Of a stretch of 64,000 bases of DNA, positions 13,771 through 27,590 are shown piece after piece (positions within the stretch are counted from its first letter, which is position 1; each line of letters begins with the position of its first letter). A program made the position numbers and the translations under genes. Below the pieces are notes generated by a model. The model did no database searches, was not told the origin of the DNA, and saw only the letters and a program-made list of their open reading frames with translations. Source of the DNA: Octopus vulgaris (taxonomy: Eukaryota); contig OX597834.1 of NCBI GenBank assembly GCA_951406725.2, forward strand, positions 992,001 to 1,056,000. The letters are read 5' to 3'.

Positions 13771-15058
13771 TTCATCATCAAGGAATGTGTGTAAGGGCTT
13801 CATAAAATTGGTCTGTTGTACACTCATCTGTGTATGTATATATATTTATATATATACATACCAACCCATGCTAGCATGGAAAACAGATGTTAAACAATGA
13901 TGATGATGATGACATATGCATATATTGTATGTGTGTGTGTGTATATATATATATATATACACACACACATACATACATACATGTGTGTGTGTGTGTGTGT
14001 GTCCTTGTATTCATATAACATGACAGTTCCGAACATGCGTCATTGCCATGCTAGTGAAGTCATTTGTTTTCAGTCTTCTGTGAAAAACATGTCTGACCAT
14101 GGGGAAATTATTATTTTGCTTGGAAACAGGTGAGGGTTGGCAACAGGAAGGGCATCCAGCTGTACAAAATCTGCCTTAATAAACTCGGGCAAGCATGGAA
14201 AAGTGGACAGTCAAATGAAGATGATGATAACATCATTAATTTTAAATCTGTTTTTCCATGCTATCATGGGTAAGATGGAAGTTTATTTGGGACACCATTT
14301 TAGGGCTGGATGCTCTTTCTGTCACCACCTTTTAACCTGTTTTCTTGTATGGTAAATGTGAGAGATCAGATATGGCCTGTTTGAACATAAAACAGGTAGA
14401 ATATTAGGGCAGAATATGGCCAGTTTCCTTCCACCAAATTTTTCTCATTAGATATTGGTCAGCCTCTAGCTATGGTAGAAAATAGCTTTGCTGCTGCACA
14501 GACTGAAGTCAAACCACATGGCTATGACATGGATTTATTAACCACAAGATATATCACATAATGATACCTTGAAGAAACATCAATGTGGTCATTTGACCTG
14601 GTAGAAAAACAACCAAATGTCCTACAAATCACATCTGCCTTAAACAAAGAAGGACACATTGGATAATGTAGTTCTAGATACCCTTCTAAAGACTGGGAGC
14701 TCACAGCTGGAATGCTTTTGGTCATAAATTTGCTTAGTGAAGGTTGACTTCAGAGTTAAACAACAATCAATATATTTATACTAGTGAAGTTATGTCTCCC
14801 ATAGTCAAGTAACCAAATTACATCTTAACCTCTATCAATAATTAAAATTGTATAAATTGTATGTTAAATAATTTTAGTACCTATTTTGTAAGAAATAATG
14901 AGATAACTTAGTTAAGATAATGTTTACTTAGAAAAAGCATGTGGATTGCAGAATTAATAAATGCTCAGCCAAAATGTGTTGCTTTATCCACTGTACCCTG
15001 CTGCCTGTGAAATTAGGATTCACTTTCGATGCTCTCTCTCTCTCTTTCTATCTATCTA

Positions 15059-15095
<37 letters not shown>

Positions 15096-15904
15096 ATGAT
15101 GATATATATATATATATATATATATAAATATATATATATATCCTATTCACTGCATTACATCACCCATGTAATGAGTGATGACATTAGACTTGTGCATATG
15201 CCACCAACATCCTTAACACCCTATCTCCCTTTCATTCTCTCTTACTCTCTTTGTCACCACGCCATGATAACTAAAACCATGGGCACTCTGTCAACTGGTT
15301 GGCAAATGAGTGGTAGTAATGGAGGTTTGATAGGATCTCATCTAGTGTTGGTAGCCAGAGTAAAGAGCACCCAATACACTGTAAAGTGGTTGGTGTTGGG
15401 AAGAGCACCTAGCTGTAGAAACCATTCCAAAATGGAACATGCAAATGAGATGTGATCCTCAACAACTTAGAATTACAGTCTGTGCTGTATAGAATGCAGT
15501 CCATCCTTAGCAACATAGAATGCATTTTATGGAAAGTGGATGTGAGATGGTGATGACAATGACATCATTGTTGTCTTTTTGTTTTGAGTTCAACTCTTAC
15601 CCAGATCCACTTTGCTTTCAATCCATCTAGGGTTTATAAAGTAAGTGCTAGGGTCAATGTACTCAACTATTACCAAGAAAGTAATAACTCAGCATAGCCA
15701 ATATATTTTGAAACTGTATTACAACAACTAGAATCACTTTTTCAATCCTCAGTCAACACTTACTTGAGACTAGAAAAGTGAAATATAATCTTCCACTAAG
15801 TTATCCCCTTTCTTGTAATATGTGAAGTTTCAGCATTCAAATATAAATTTGAACTTTTTTTTTTTTTTGTTATATATATATATATCTACTTTGAAGCACA
15901 GTCA

Positions 15905-16350
15905 CCATCCTCATTTAACATCCATTTTCTGTGTTGACATGAGTTGGATGGTTAGTAAACTGGGGAGCTGCACCAGGTTCCAATCTCATTTGGCATGGTT
16001 TCTACAGCTGGATGCCCTTCCTCATGCCAACCATTCCAAGAGTGTAGTGGGTGCTTTTTACACACCACCAGCACAGGTACCAGTTGTGAAACACCATCAT
16101 TAGCCATGACTTCTCAAACACAGTATATTGCCAGAGGTCTTGGCCACTTGTCACTGCCTCTGTGAGGCCCAAAGTTGAAAGGGTGCCTTTTACGGGCCAC
16201 CAGCATGGGTGCCAGTTACGCAACACTGGCATCAGTTGCAACTACAATTTCCTGTGGCTTGATGGGTCCTCTCAAGCATGGTATACTGCCCAACGTTCAA
16301 AGGGTGCTTTTAATGTGCCCTCAGCACAGGAGCTAGTTATATGACACTGT
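15905..16350 (-). mobile_element. RTE 3' end fragment
   Basis: Similar to the 3' UTR of the 10.3-12.8 kb RTE (GTTTCTACAGCTGGATGCCCTTCCT..GAGTGTAGTGGGTGCTTTT). Confidence 0.6.
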
Positions 16351-16804
16351 TCCTTAATGCTTTTGATACAAACCTGTCCAAGACCAACTCTGGTTCCTTA
16401 ATACAAACTTGAGCTTTCAGATTATTCTGTCAAATATGATGCTTATTTATTCACATTATTTTTTAATTAATGCTGCAATATTTCGTAACTTTAAGATTTT
16501 GAGGATATGGTTATTTTTAGAATGGCCTTGTGGACCAGATCTTGCTGGTTTGAACATAAAACAGGTACAATATTTAGTTTAAATGCAGAAGGGTTAATGT
16601 GATTTAAGGACCTTCCCTCAAAATTTCATGTTAATTTATGTTCCAAACTCTAAAGTTTGTTGCTATTTTCAAAGTTAGTGGAAATAACAGCAGTGCATTT
16701 CAAAAGCAATCTAGCAACAAAGAGGTGAAGAGTTTGGTGTGTGTATGGGAAAGTTATAAATAACAGCAGTGTTCAATTTCTTTTAAATATCTTAATCTTT
16801 TTAG

Positions 16805-17254
16805 ATTTCCAGGGAAATGGCAGATTCAATCAATATTGTATCTGAAGCTTTAACTCAACTTGGAGGAAAACTTATTCCATTAGATGCCTTAGTAAATACT
16901 GGCAAAACATACTGGTCCTCTGTACATACAGTTACAAGGCAGATTGAGGAAAAGTCTTCTCTAACAAAAAATGAACATCCAAAACCAAGTGAACAGCCTG
17001 CAGGTTTCCAAAGTATGAGTGGTACAGATGATAAGGAAGACACACCAAAAATCAATGATATCCCTCATTCTCCAGATAGTATTGGTAACATATGTTATAA
17101 TCAACCATCAAGATGTATCCTCCCTGTAACCTGTTTACTTGACTATTTCATCTCCAAACCAAACAACTCTAATGTTACACCAGTTAACAATTCCAGCCAA
17201 ATTTGCAACCCAAGTAGCTTATGTTCCATTCAGGCTAGATTAACTTATCACAAA
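16805..17254 (+). CDS. TICRR: Treslin internal exon (alternative acceptor at 16813)
   Basis: Polypyrimidine tract plus AG; open frame MADSINIVSEALTQLGGKLIP..ILPVTCLLDYF (cf. TVCELLHHGGGTVLP..MLPTDATLNRL); donor AAAG|GTAAGC. Confidence 0.75.
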
Positions 17255-18363
17255 GGTAAGCTTCTCACTTAAATATTATTGTTCGTTTTTACATTTATTT
17301 TCTTTCACAGTTGATAAAATATCCTTGTTCCTTTTTGTAGTTTGTTTCTACAGTTAACAAAATAAAGAAAGGGGATAACTTAGTGGAAGATTATATTTAC
17401 TTAGTAAAAGGTGGGTGGATGGTAAAATTTGTCAATCAGAGGTGAAGAAAAATCTTGTTTGTATCTATTGTTCTATGCTGCCTGTGTAGTAAGAGATAGC
17501 AGTGGGCTTCTCCTCTCCACTGTCCTGCTCTGCATGTGTAACTAGAGATGGCAATGAATTTGTCCGTTTCTCATCTCTCTGTCGCCCTCTCCTGTTCTTT
17601 GCACTTTGTCCATTCAATGAGAGATAGCATTGAACTTATGCATATTCCACCACCGTCTCGATCACTCTACCTCTACCACCATCAAGGCACCTATGTATGA
17701 GGAACTGTTCTTATCTGATGCTTTTCATCATCCCCCGTCTTCACTTCCTCTTCTCAAGCCACTTGCTGTTTATACCTACCACCGTCTGCCTCCATCTCTC
17801 ATCTTTATTACCAGTCATCATGTGTCACTTAATGATCATCCTCCAAAATTTGTGGGTTGTACTTTTGTTAGAACTCTATTTCATTATATTATATCGAAGT
17901 GGTTAGTGGAAGAAACAGTAGATTAAATGCCTTACAGTACTGACTTACATCTCTATACATTCTAAGTTCAAATCTCGCTGAAGTCATTATAATGAACTGT
18001 ACTCTTCCATTAAATGCCTGAGCTTGGACCAATGTTTAACAATCAATATTTCCACAAACTTTTTAAGATTGCATCTGGCAGACTCGGTGGCATTTTGTCT
18101 GTCTTTACTTTCTGAGTCCAAATTCTGCAGTGGTAAACTTTACCTTTCATTTTCTTGTGCCGATAAAATAAATACCAGCTGGTTAATGTAATCAACTGAA
18201 CTCCTCCTCCCAAAATTGCTGGCCCAAAAAATTAGAAACCAGTATTTCCATGAACTGTGGTCAGGCGAGATGACAAAGGACGAAGGTGTCTGGTGCCTTG
18301 CTGTACTGAAGAAGACTCATACTCTGCAGAAGTGTTAAGATCAGTCCTTCTGGTGGTGTAGAG

Positions 18364-21199
18364 CAGGGGTCTCCAAAGTTTTCCAGCGGAGGGCCACATT
18401 GCTGAATTTTTAAAGCTACGGGGCCAAGGTTCTAAATTATTTATTTTACCAAAATAATATAAATAAATAGTGAATTAATAATTAAAAAAGTTTATTTATT
18501 CAGTACATAATCACAATGTATATAATATCAGTAACAATCAACATGTTTTTTAAACTTTGATCAATAGGGGAAACATGAAATTGTTTCATTTCTGACAAAA
18601 TTTTGTCCAACTGAGGTTCAAAATGAGTGGTTCCAATAACAAGCAATGCATTTAAATGTTCATCAGACAATTGTGATCTGTAGCAGGATTTTGTGTATTT
18701 CATCTTTGAAAAGTCTTCTCACACAAATATGTGGTGCCAAAAACTGAAATGAATTCACAGGCAAACCTCCTTAAATGAAGAAATTGGTCGGATGGAAGGC
18801 ATTTGTAGAATTCAATCAAATTTCCCTCTTTATATTTGTCCTTCAGGATGTCATTGGATTGCAAATCAATAACTTCCATTTGTAACTCAGAATTATAGTC
18901 TCCAATAACAGAGTTAAATGGATTTTCAAAAATTCTTAGTTTTGAAGAACATGCATCAAGATCAGAAAAACGTTCTTCAAACTGTTGTTTCAAAGCTAAA
19001 ATGACATCTTGAGCAAACAAGTTTGGAAATGGAGTGGCAGCTTCCTGTCTATATTTGTCACATCATGAAAAATGAGTAAAGCAGCTTCTTGTTAACTGAC
19101 TTTCAAATAGTATTAATTTCTTACGAAAAGCTTTCACCTTTGAGTACAAATCACAGATGAGTGAAGTTTCACCTTGTATCCGTAGGTTGAAATCATTGAG
19201 ATGCATAGTTAAATCGGCTGAAAATGCTAATTTCCAGAGCCATTCACTGTCTTTGAGCAACACCTGTGAATGGTTTTTCTCATTTAAAAATATTTCAATT
19301 TCAGTTCGAAGCTCAAAAAATCTAGCCAGAATTTTTCCATAGCTAAGCCATCTTACTGAAGTATAGTAAGGTAGGTCTGGAAACTCAGCATTCATTTCCT
19401 CCAAGAAATCACGAAATTGGCGATGTTTGAGTCCATGAGATCTTATGTAGTTAACAGTGGAAATCACAGGATCTAATACAGATGATAAATCAAGATGCTT
19501 TCCACACAGTGCTTGCTGATGAAGAATACAATGCAATACCAAAGGTTTCAATCCACCGGAATTCTCAATTACTTTGTTAATTTGCCCAACTAAGCCCTTT
19601 TTGGTTCCACACATATTTCTGCCACCATCTGTTGTTATGCATTTTAGTTTTTTCCATTCCAAATTATACTCAGCCACTGACTTTTCCACTTCTCTAAAAA
19701 TATCTATGCCTGTTGTTGTTCCATGCATGCTGTGCACAGATACAAGTTCCTCAGTAATCTCAAAATTGGCATTTATTCCTCTGATGAACAATAACAATTG
19801 GGATGTGTCTGATACATCAATTGACTCATCAAGTGCAACAGAAAAGCATACAAACTTGCTGGCTTTGTCTTTTAGCTGTGATTTAATATTTCTTTCAATA
19901 TGTTCAACCCTACGAGCAACAGTGTTCGCAGAAAGAGTAATTGCGGAAAATAAATCTACGTTTTCTGGACACATTTCCTTAGCTACCTCATTCAAGCACT
20001 TTTTAATAAGTTCACCATCTGTAAATGGCTTACCTTTCTTCGCCAAAAGGTTAGCAACATGGAAGCTTGCTCTTGTTGCTCTCTCTTTTTCTACAGCCTT
20101 CTTCTTGAAAACAAACTGCATTGATGATAAATTCTTCTTTAATTTGTCAAATTTCTCTTTACGTAGCTGTCCAATGAATTGGTAGTACTGTGATGAATGC
20201 TTTTTTTCATAATGTCTCCGAATGTTGTACTCTTTAAGTACTGCAATTGTGTCGGTGCATATAACGCATAGTGCCTTGTTGTTTGACTCTATGACAAAAT
20301 AGTCTATGTTCCATTGTTCCTTAAAAACTCTACACTCAGAGTCGATTTTTCGTTTTCTTCCTTGAGCTAACATTTTTACCATGGGTCGACAGATTTTGCT
20401 CGACGATATATGTAAAAGGACGAAACAAGTAAAAACAATATTCACAGGTCACTCGATACGTGCATTCACTTCGGCAGCGACGACGACAAATGACTCACAC
20501 TTGTGCACAACGAAAACGCCAAGTATGTGCTGACTGACGGAATGCGCATCGAACTTTACTCCACGCTGATTGGCGACTGCACCAGGATTAGAAACCACCA
20601 CACAACGTCAGGCTCAACCCTCTCTATTCATCGCTCGTGAGATGTAGGTAACATCGATAAATCGATATTTGTCTTCTTTTATTATACTAGGCACGGGACT
20701 TTTATTAACGTCATACTTGTCGTATCTGCTCTCTCGACAGTTGACGGAATAGGTTGACTTTTCTGCGACATCAATAAAGCTAGAAATTGAATCTCTGCTT
20801 CATTGTAAGCAGCACCATCCATCTCACTGACAATCGCCTATTATCTAAGATGAATGATAGGTAGCTCCATAGCGAAGTTAATTCATTTTATGGTGGTTCT
20901 GATGGGTCAGTTAAAACGGGGGGAGTGGAAAAGAACCTATATTTACACTAAAGTTTAGTGTATAAATTTTTAATTCGCCGGCGCAATTTAAAGACATTAA
21001 TTGATGGCAAATCAATTAGCGTCGTCTTGCGTCTATTTGCTGTACTATATTTGTCAAACGTATTAAAAGGGGTGTAAAGTATATTTGTTTTTGTATGATT
21101 TCGGCAAGGCTTGTTTTTCGACATTTGTTTTATAATTTTGGAGGACAGCTCGGCGGGCCTGATTAAAAACCTTGGCGGGCCGTACTTTGGAGACCCCTG
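18364..21199 (-). mobile_element. SPIN/Buster-type hAT transposon, full length (2836 bp)
   Basis: Perfect 16-bp TIR CAGGGGTCTCCAAAGT; perfect 8-bp TSD GTGTAGAG at 18356-18363 and 21200-21207. Confidence 0.95.
18500..20382 (-). pseudogene. hAT transposase (GTF2IRD2/SPIN-like) with one stop and one frameshift
   Basis: RKRKIDSECRVFKEQW, BED-type C2H2, FSVALDES, TTDG, HCILHQQAL, VRWLS, FGTTYLCE. In-frame TGA at 19063-19065; 1-nt loss near 18708. Confidence 0.9.
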
Positions 21200-21905
21200 G
21201 TGTAGAGCATTCATGATGATGCCATGTAAAAGCAGCCAGCCATAGAAACCAAGCCAAGTTCAGACTGGAGTGTGTTGTAGCTTGCCAGTTCTGGTCAAAC
21301 AATCCAACCCATGCCAGCATGGACAATGAACATTTAATGATGATGATGTGATAATATATTAGCTTTAATATTAAATTAGTGTCCCATTACCAGTGTATTT
21401 CTTGCCATTATTAATAATGTAATGCCTTTTCATTTATTCACCTGTCTGGAACTGCCCCTGTCTCTATAATACAAACTTCCTATTTTAAAGTGATCTAAAT
21501 TAAAACCTTTCATCAAAATTTCCTAATAATTAATGTTCCAAACACTATCTTAATAATTACAGTTATTTTACTAAATTCTTCATTATTTAAAAAATTGAAA
21601 CGCAGACAGAACTACAGTAACAAAAGAGGTAATAAACAAACAACTATTTGCTATGCATTAACGATAATTGATGTTGAAAGAGAAGGCATTAAATTTCACT
21701 ACTTTTATTGGATTCAATTTGATTCAGTTGCCTACTGGATGAAAACCTCAGCATGTTCTCTCCACCAATCACTGTCTGATGTGGAGGTCATGAATTTGAA
21801 CTTGAGATCATTACTCCTATTGTATAAACTATTAAATTCTGAAGTTTTAAACTTTCATTCTCATCTTTAAACTCTATTAACTTGGTCTTTCTTGCTGTCT
21901 TTCAG

Positions 21906-21975
21906 ACGAACAGGTTCAAGATTTGTGCTCTCTGCTACTTGTGCCTTCTAACAATTCTTTTAAGGAAACTTTAAC
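21906..21975 (+). CDS. TICRR: Treslin small internal exon
   Basis: TTTCAG acceptor and GTAAGT donor; phase-1 join gives DEQVQDLCSLLLVP (cf. KEIQETWTVTLEP). Confidence 0.7.
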
Positions 21976-22824
21976 GTAAGTAATCTATTCTATGAATATT
22001 TATACATCAATGTATTTATTTATTTAATTTGTTTGACTTGCAGACTAGAATTGTTTTCTAATTTATCTTTCTATCATTTAAGTGGTTTTTTTATTCGGTT
22101 TATACAAATAGAAGCAAGCAAACTAATTACGTCATGCATATAATTGTAACAAGATTTGAAATGAGATTTTAAACTATAGCCCAGCACATTCAGTCACAGA
22201 TTTTAATGAAATTATATTACTTTCTACAAATGGGAAAAAAAATTCCTTGATTCAGCTTTCATGTCTTTTAGTTTCACCTTACCTTTATATAACAAGAAAA
22301 GTCAATTCACTATATGAAGTCAATATTGCTAGCATTCCATCAAGCAAAGCCGAAAGCTACATTTCTGTTGATAAAGTCATTCGAAGTTATTTCCCTTGTT
22401 GTTTTTTGCTCTTTTTTTTTATAGGTTTAGTTCTCACTTCAGCATTTATAGTGATTTTTTTCTGACAGCGAATAAAGCTCGTTATTTTATTTTATTACTT
22501 ACAAATGTGATCAGTGTCTCTTCGAAATTGAACGATCGGTCAATCTTATTTTTTAGCACTTCTTTAAGTTTTTATGAACACTTCTGAGCACTTATTTGTT
22601 TTAGCATGGAATTTTAAACCCATCTCTTCATTATGACTTTTTTAAAGACAGTCTTCAGATTTTCAAATTTTGAATCTGCTAAAGTAAATTAAACGCAAGA
22701 AATTTTCTTGTAAGAGAAAGTTAATAGTATTAAGATATCTTGATCCAATGTGGTATGGTTGTATTATATACTAGCAAAGATACCCGGCATTGCTCGGGGT
22801 TAAAATGGCATAGTTTTTTATTGT

Positions 22825-23320
22825 TTTACTTGTTTCGGTCATGTGGCTGCAGCCATGATAGAGCATCACCTGTCGTCAAAGAAATCGACCCCAGGATTTA
22901 TTCTTTGTAAGCCTAGTACTTATTCTATCAGTGTGTTTTGCCAAACGGCTATTTTATGGAGACGTAAACACAACAACATTGGTTGTCAAGCGATGGTAGC
23001 GGTACAGACACACACAAATATACACATGTATACGACAGTCTTCTTTCGGTTTCCATGTACGAAATCCACTAACATATAGAAAGGAACACAGAAGGTGGTG
23101 AGCTGGCAGAAACATAAGCACGCCTGGTGAAATGCTTAGCGGTATTTCATCTGCCACTATGTTCTGAATTCAAATTCTGCTGAGGTTGACTTTGCCTTTC
23201 ATCCTTTTGGGGGTCGATTAAATAAGTACCAGTTACGCACTGGGGTCGATATAATCGACTTAATCCGTTTGTCTGTCCTTGTGTGTCCTCTCTGTGTGTA
23301 TCCCCTTGGAACACAGAAAT
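22825..23320. mobile_element. Two SINE fragments (minus 22825-23070, plus 23095-23320)
   Basis: The first matches the 8.5 kb SINE body; the second matches the units of the 26.8-27.6 kb array. Confidence 0.6.
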
Positions 23321-23544
23321 AAACAGGGAGAGAAATAGAAAAAATGGCTAGCGATCTATCATGGCGAATGCCAGGCAGAGGGGTCACACAGGAGAGCTAA
23401 GAAGAAGGGGAGATAATAAAGTAGTGGTGATCCCAAAACGAAGGCGTATGTGAGAGCATGTATGTGACCTTGATATGTGCATGTGTAGGTGTGTGGATGA
23501 TGGTGTAGCTGCTGGGAAGTGGTCAGTGCTAGTGTGTGCGGTGT

Positions 23545-24196
23545 GGATGGAACATATAGGGATGGTGGGGTTGGAATGTGTAGGGATGAAGGGTGAAAAT
23601 GAAAACGCAGTTCCTTTCAATTCTTAATATCCAGTCTCAAAACATATCTATTCCACTTTTTGTTTTTAAAAACTTTGCATCCCACCCCACTTCATCTTCA
23701 TAGCCTTGCAAACTTCTTGATGGCCTCAGCACATACTGTGGGATGGAACATATAGGGATGGTGGGGTTGGAATGTGTAGGGATGAAGGGTGAAAATGAAA
23801 ACGCAGTGCTTTCAAATAAAAATGTCTTGTATTTCTTTGCACCAATTCTGCTGACAATCTCTTGTCACTCTCATTAGAAATGTTGTGGACCAACGATTGT
23901 CCCATTGGAAACATGTTACTAACATTGCCTTTGTTCAACAAATGCAGTCATCATAATTTAAAATCCATCATCCATGCTGGCATGAGCTGGACAAGTTCTG
24001 ATGGGCCAAAGGACTGCTTTGGCATGGATTCTGTGGCTGGATGCTCTTCCTAATTCCAACAACTTCACAGTATGTGCTGAGGCCATCAAGAAGTTTGCAA
24101 GGCTATGAAGATGAAGTGGGGTGGGATGCAAAGTTTTTAAAAACAAAAAGTGGAATAGATATGTTTTGAGACTGGATATTAAGAATTGAAAGGAAC
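23545..24196. repeat. Templated insertion: 67-bp direct repeat flanking a 131-bp inverted copy
   Basis: 23545-23611 equals 23741-23807; 23610-23740 is the reverse complement of 24066-24196. Confidence 0.9.
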
Positions 24197-25149
24197 GTTA
24201 TATGTAATACAATTAAATCCAGAAGGTTCTGGAATAGAGTTGGTTTGATCAAAATCATTCAGAACTAGCTGTAATTTAACAGCAGCTTGAAACCTCAAGT
24301 ATTTTCTTACTGCTAATGCAGAAGCCCAATTTTTCTTATATCAGTCGCTGTTAATACAGTTAGGAATCCCAACCTCATCTGTACAGGTGAAAATTATTAT
24401 TTTTTTCATTGCGTTACATGCAATTTTTTAGGTGCTGTATGGCTTAATGGTTAAGGAGTTGGCTTCGCAAGCACATGGTCAGGTATTCAATCCCACTGTG
24501 TGGTTTCTTAGATAAATGTTATTTTCTAAAGCCTCCAGTCAACCCATACCTTGTGACTGATATTAGGAAGGTAGTAACTGCCCATTAAGTGACTTGTACT
24601 TGTAATTCAAATGGTGTGACTTCATCCTATTTTGTGTCATACTGGTTCTGAGAATTACATTAAGGGTACATATGTCTGTGATTTGACTGCTTGCCCACTT
24701 ACACATTAATTCAAGAGCAGGTTATTCAGTTAGTCAAACAATTGAATCCTCCTTGTGAAAGGACAAAGATCAACCACCTCCACATACAGTCTGATTTCCC
24801 AATCATTATCAGGTGTTTCATTAGTACCAGGCTCGATTTGAACTAGAAACCTTTATTTCTAAACTAAAAGTAAGAACAGCATCAACCACCAGAGTACTGA
24901 TCCATCATCATCATACGTCTGCCTTCCATGCTGACATGGGTTGGTCAGTGTGACAGGAGCTGGCCAGACAGAAGACTGCACTAGACCTCTGCATCTGTTT
25001 TGGCATGGTTTGTATAGTCGGATGCCCTTCCAAATGTCAAACACTGGCAGGAATCACCAAGTAACTTGCAAGGCAAAGAATCTTTGAGTGGGGGGCATTC
25101 GAGGAGGTGATCTTGTATCAAATGATGAAAGATTAAAGTGTGTTCCATG

Positions 25150-26100
25150 TACTTTAGAAATAAAGGTTCTTAGTTTGAATCCAGTCAGTAATATACCTGA
25201 TTATGATGAGGTCAAACCAATTGAAATGTAATTGTAAATATCAAAATACGTTGGACCTTTAAAGAATAGAGTGATTTGGAAAATTATAAACCTTTGAAAT
25301 TTTCTTGATAAAAGTTTTTTTATTAGTGATGTTGCCTTATTTTAGTGAAAGAGATTGTTTTTAGTTGAATTTCCTTCAAGCACAATAACTGTATAATGTG
25401 ATTAAGATTTGTTTTTGATGTCATTAAACATTATTGCAATATGAGCTGTTAAGTGGCAGATGTAATGGAGATATCTGCTACAGATAAAATGTCTGAAGAA
25501 TGGAAGTATGTCATCTGCATATATTTGTATTGGTTTATGGTTATTGATGAAGGGTGAGATGGAAAATGAACAGATTAATGCACAAGAAGATATGGTCCAG
25601 CTTGTGTAGTCATTTTGGATCCATGTAATTAATTTTGGGCTTGTACTTTAGGAAAAGGTCTGACCTGGATGCTTTTATGTTATATTGAGTAAAATAGCTT
25701 TGGTGTTTTGACATGTATTTCAATCATTTTGTTTTGTAGATTACCAATTAATTTTAGTATCTTTGAATGTACTGTTAGTGACTTCAAGAGAAGAAATTTT
25801 CAAGTTTTGTAAGGATGATAGCACAATAATTAACAAGGTCTGAATGCTTTTCTTTCATGTGGGTGAAACAAGATGGAAATAGAAAAGATTAGAATATGAA
25901 TTAGTTCTGGACTGCATTGATGATAATAATGAGCTTGCTGCTATGGCATATAGCAAACCTGGGCAACCTTTTCCAAGAAATTAGTTGCATGAGACATGGC
26001 TCATCATAAGGTAGGCTGCACTATTAAAAGAATTCAAGGTAATTTTTCACTTGATACACTATTCAGAAAGTTCTGTCTTATAGTAAGTAGGAAGGAAGAT
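25150..26100 (-). mobile_element. Highly degraded LINE reverse transcriptase remnant
   Basis: Minus-strand TATGCAGATGAC (YADD) at ~25510-25521; boundaries are approximate. Confidence 0.3.
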
Positions 26101-26258
26101 TGTCCAATGTTACCAGTCCATACTGACTTTCATAACAGCCTATATAGTATTTTATAGTTAATTCTATATATTTTATCTCATCTGAAATGTTTGAGTAGGA
26201 TTTTTTTCCTTTTGAATTCTTAATTTATTCCTATAAAACTTTTTTTTCTTTTTTGCAG

Positions 26259-26674
26259 TAGAAATAACTTAACAGATCATGGACAAACACAATGAACACA
26301 GCTTAGATAAAATGATGCCTCCTTTTGAATTTGTTGTTGAAAATCCTGAGAAACTGCCATCCAATTCTTCAGCTTCCACTTCTAAAAATAAGTTTTTAAC
26401 TCGATCTACACAACAGCCATTATCATTACAAATGGAAATATATGGTTATCTCGAAACTTCTGATCTCAACAACTGCTCCGATCATGTGTTTTTCTGTACA
26501 CCACTTTCAGAACATTTAACCTCGTATCCAACCAGTTCTACTCACATTAAGCAATCTCTGAGAACAGCACACAAAGGAACTTCACCAAAGAAAAACATCA
26601 AAGAAAGAGCATCCTCAAAAATAGCCTTGTTCCAGAATTTACTCCACAGTTTGACTAAAACTAATTTTCGCTTG
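26259..26674 (+). CDS. TICRR: Treslin internal exon (5' frame discordant with previous exon)
   Basis: Strong T-rich acceptor; LFQNLLHSLTKTNFRL (cf. LFQQLVSRLTAEELHL); donor TTG|GTATGG, phase 0. Confidence 0.7.
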
Positions 26675-26759
26675 GTATGGCATAATAATAATATTTATTC
26701 TTTGTGTAAGGTGTTGAGCTAATGATTCTGACAGCTCATGACCCTAAAGTTTGTCAATG

Positions 26760-27590
26760 TTAATTCTGTGTATAAGGCAGCAAACTGGCAGAAATGTTAG
26801 CATGCCAGGCAAAATGCTTAGCAGTATTTCGTCTGTCTTTACGTTCTGAGTTCAAATTCCGCCAAGGTTGATTTTGCCTTTCATTCTTTCAGGGTTAATA
26901 AATTAAGTACCAGTTGTGTACTGGGGACGATCTAATCAACTGGCCTCCTCCCTAAAAATTTCAGGCCTTGTGCCTGGAGTAGAAAAGAATATTAATTCTC
27001 TGTATAAAGGTGGCGAGCTGGTAGAATTGTTAGCATGCTGGGCAAAACGCTTAATGACATTTCGTCTGTCTGCACATTCTGGGTTCAAATTCCGCTGAAG
27101 GTCGACTTTGCTTACATTCCTTTGGAGTCAATAAATTAAGTACCAGTTGATCACTGGGGTCAATGTAATCGACTGACACTCTTCCCCCAAATTTCTGTCC
27201 TCGTGCCAAAATTTGAAACCTATATTAATTCTGTGTATAGTGACAAGCTGGCAGGATCATTAGCAAGTCAGGCAAAATGTATAGTGGTATTTCATCCATT
27301 TTTACATTCTGAGTCCAAATTATGTCGAGGTCAACTTTGCCTTTCATCCTTTTGGGGTTGATCAAGTAAATATAAGTTAAGTTAAGCACTTGGGTTGATG
27401 TAATCGATTTACCCCCTCCCCCGAAATTGCTGGCCTTGTGCCAAAATTTGAAACCAATATTAATGCTGTGTGGAATTAGGATGGTGAGCTGGTATAGCAG
27501 CATTTTGCCCATTTTTTGAGCAGTGAGGTCAATGTAATCAACTCCTCCTCGAAATTGCTGGCCCTGTACCAAAATTTGAAACCAATATTT
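26760..27590 (+). mobile_element. Head-to-tail array of four tRNA-SINE copies
   Basis: ~230-bp units with GAGCTGGCAGAA, a GAGTTCAAATTC B-box and GTCGACTTTGCCTTTCATCCTTT..GATAAATTAAGTACCAG; the last copy is internally deleted. Confidence 0.75.
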
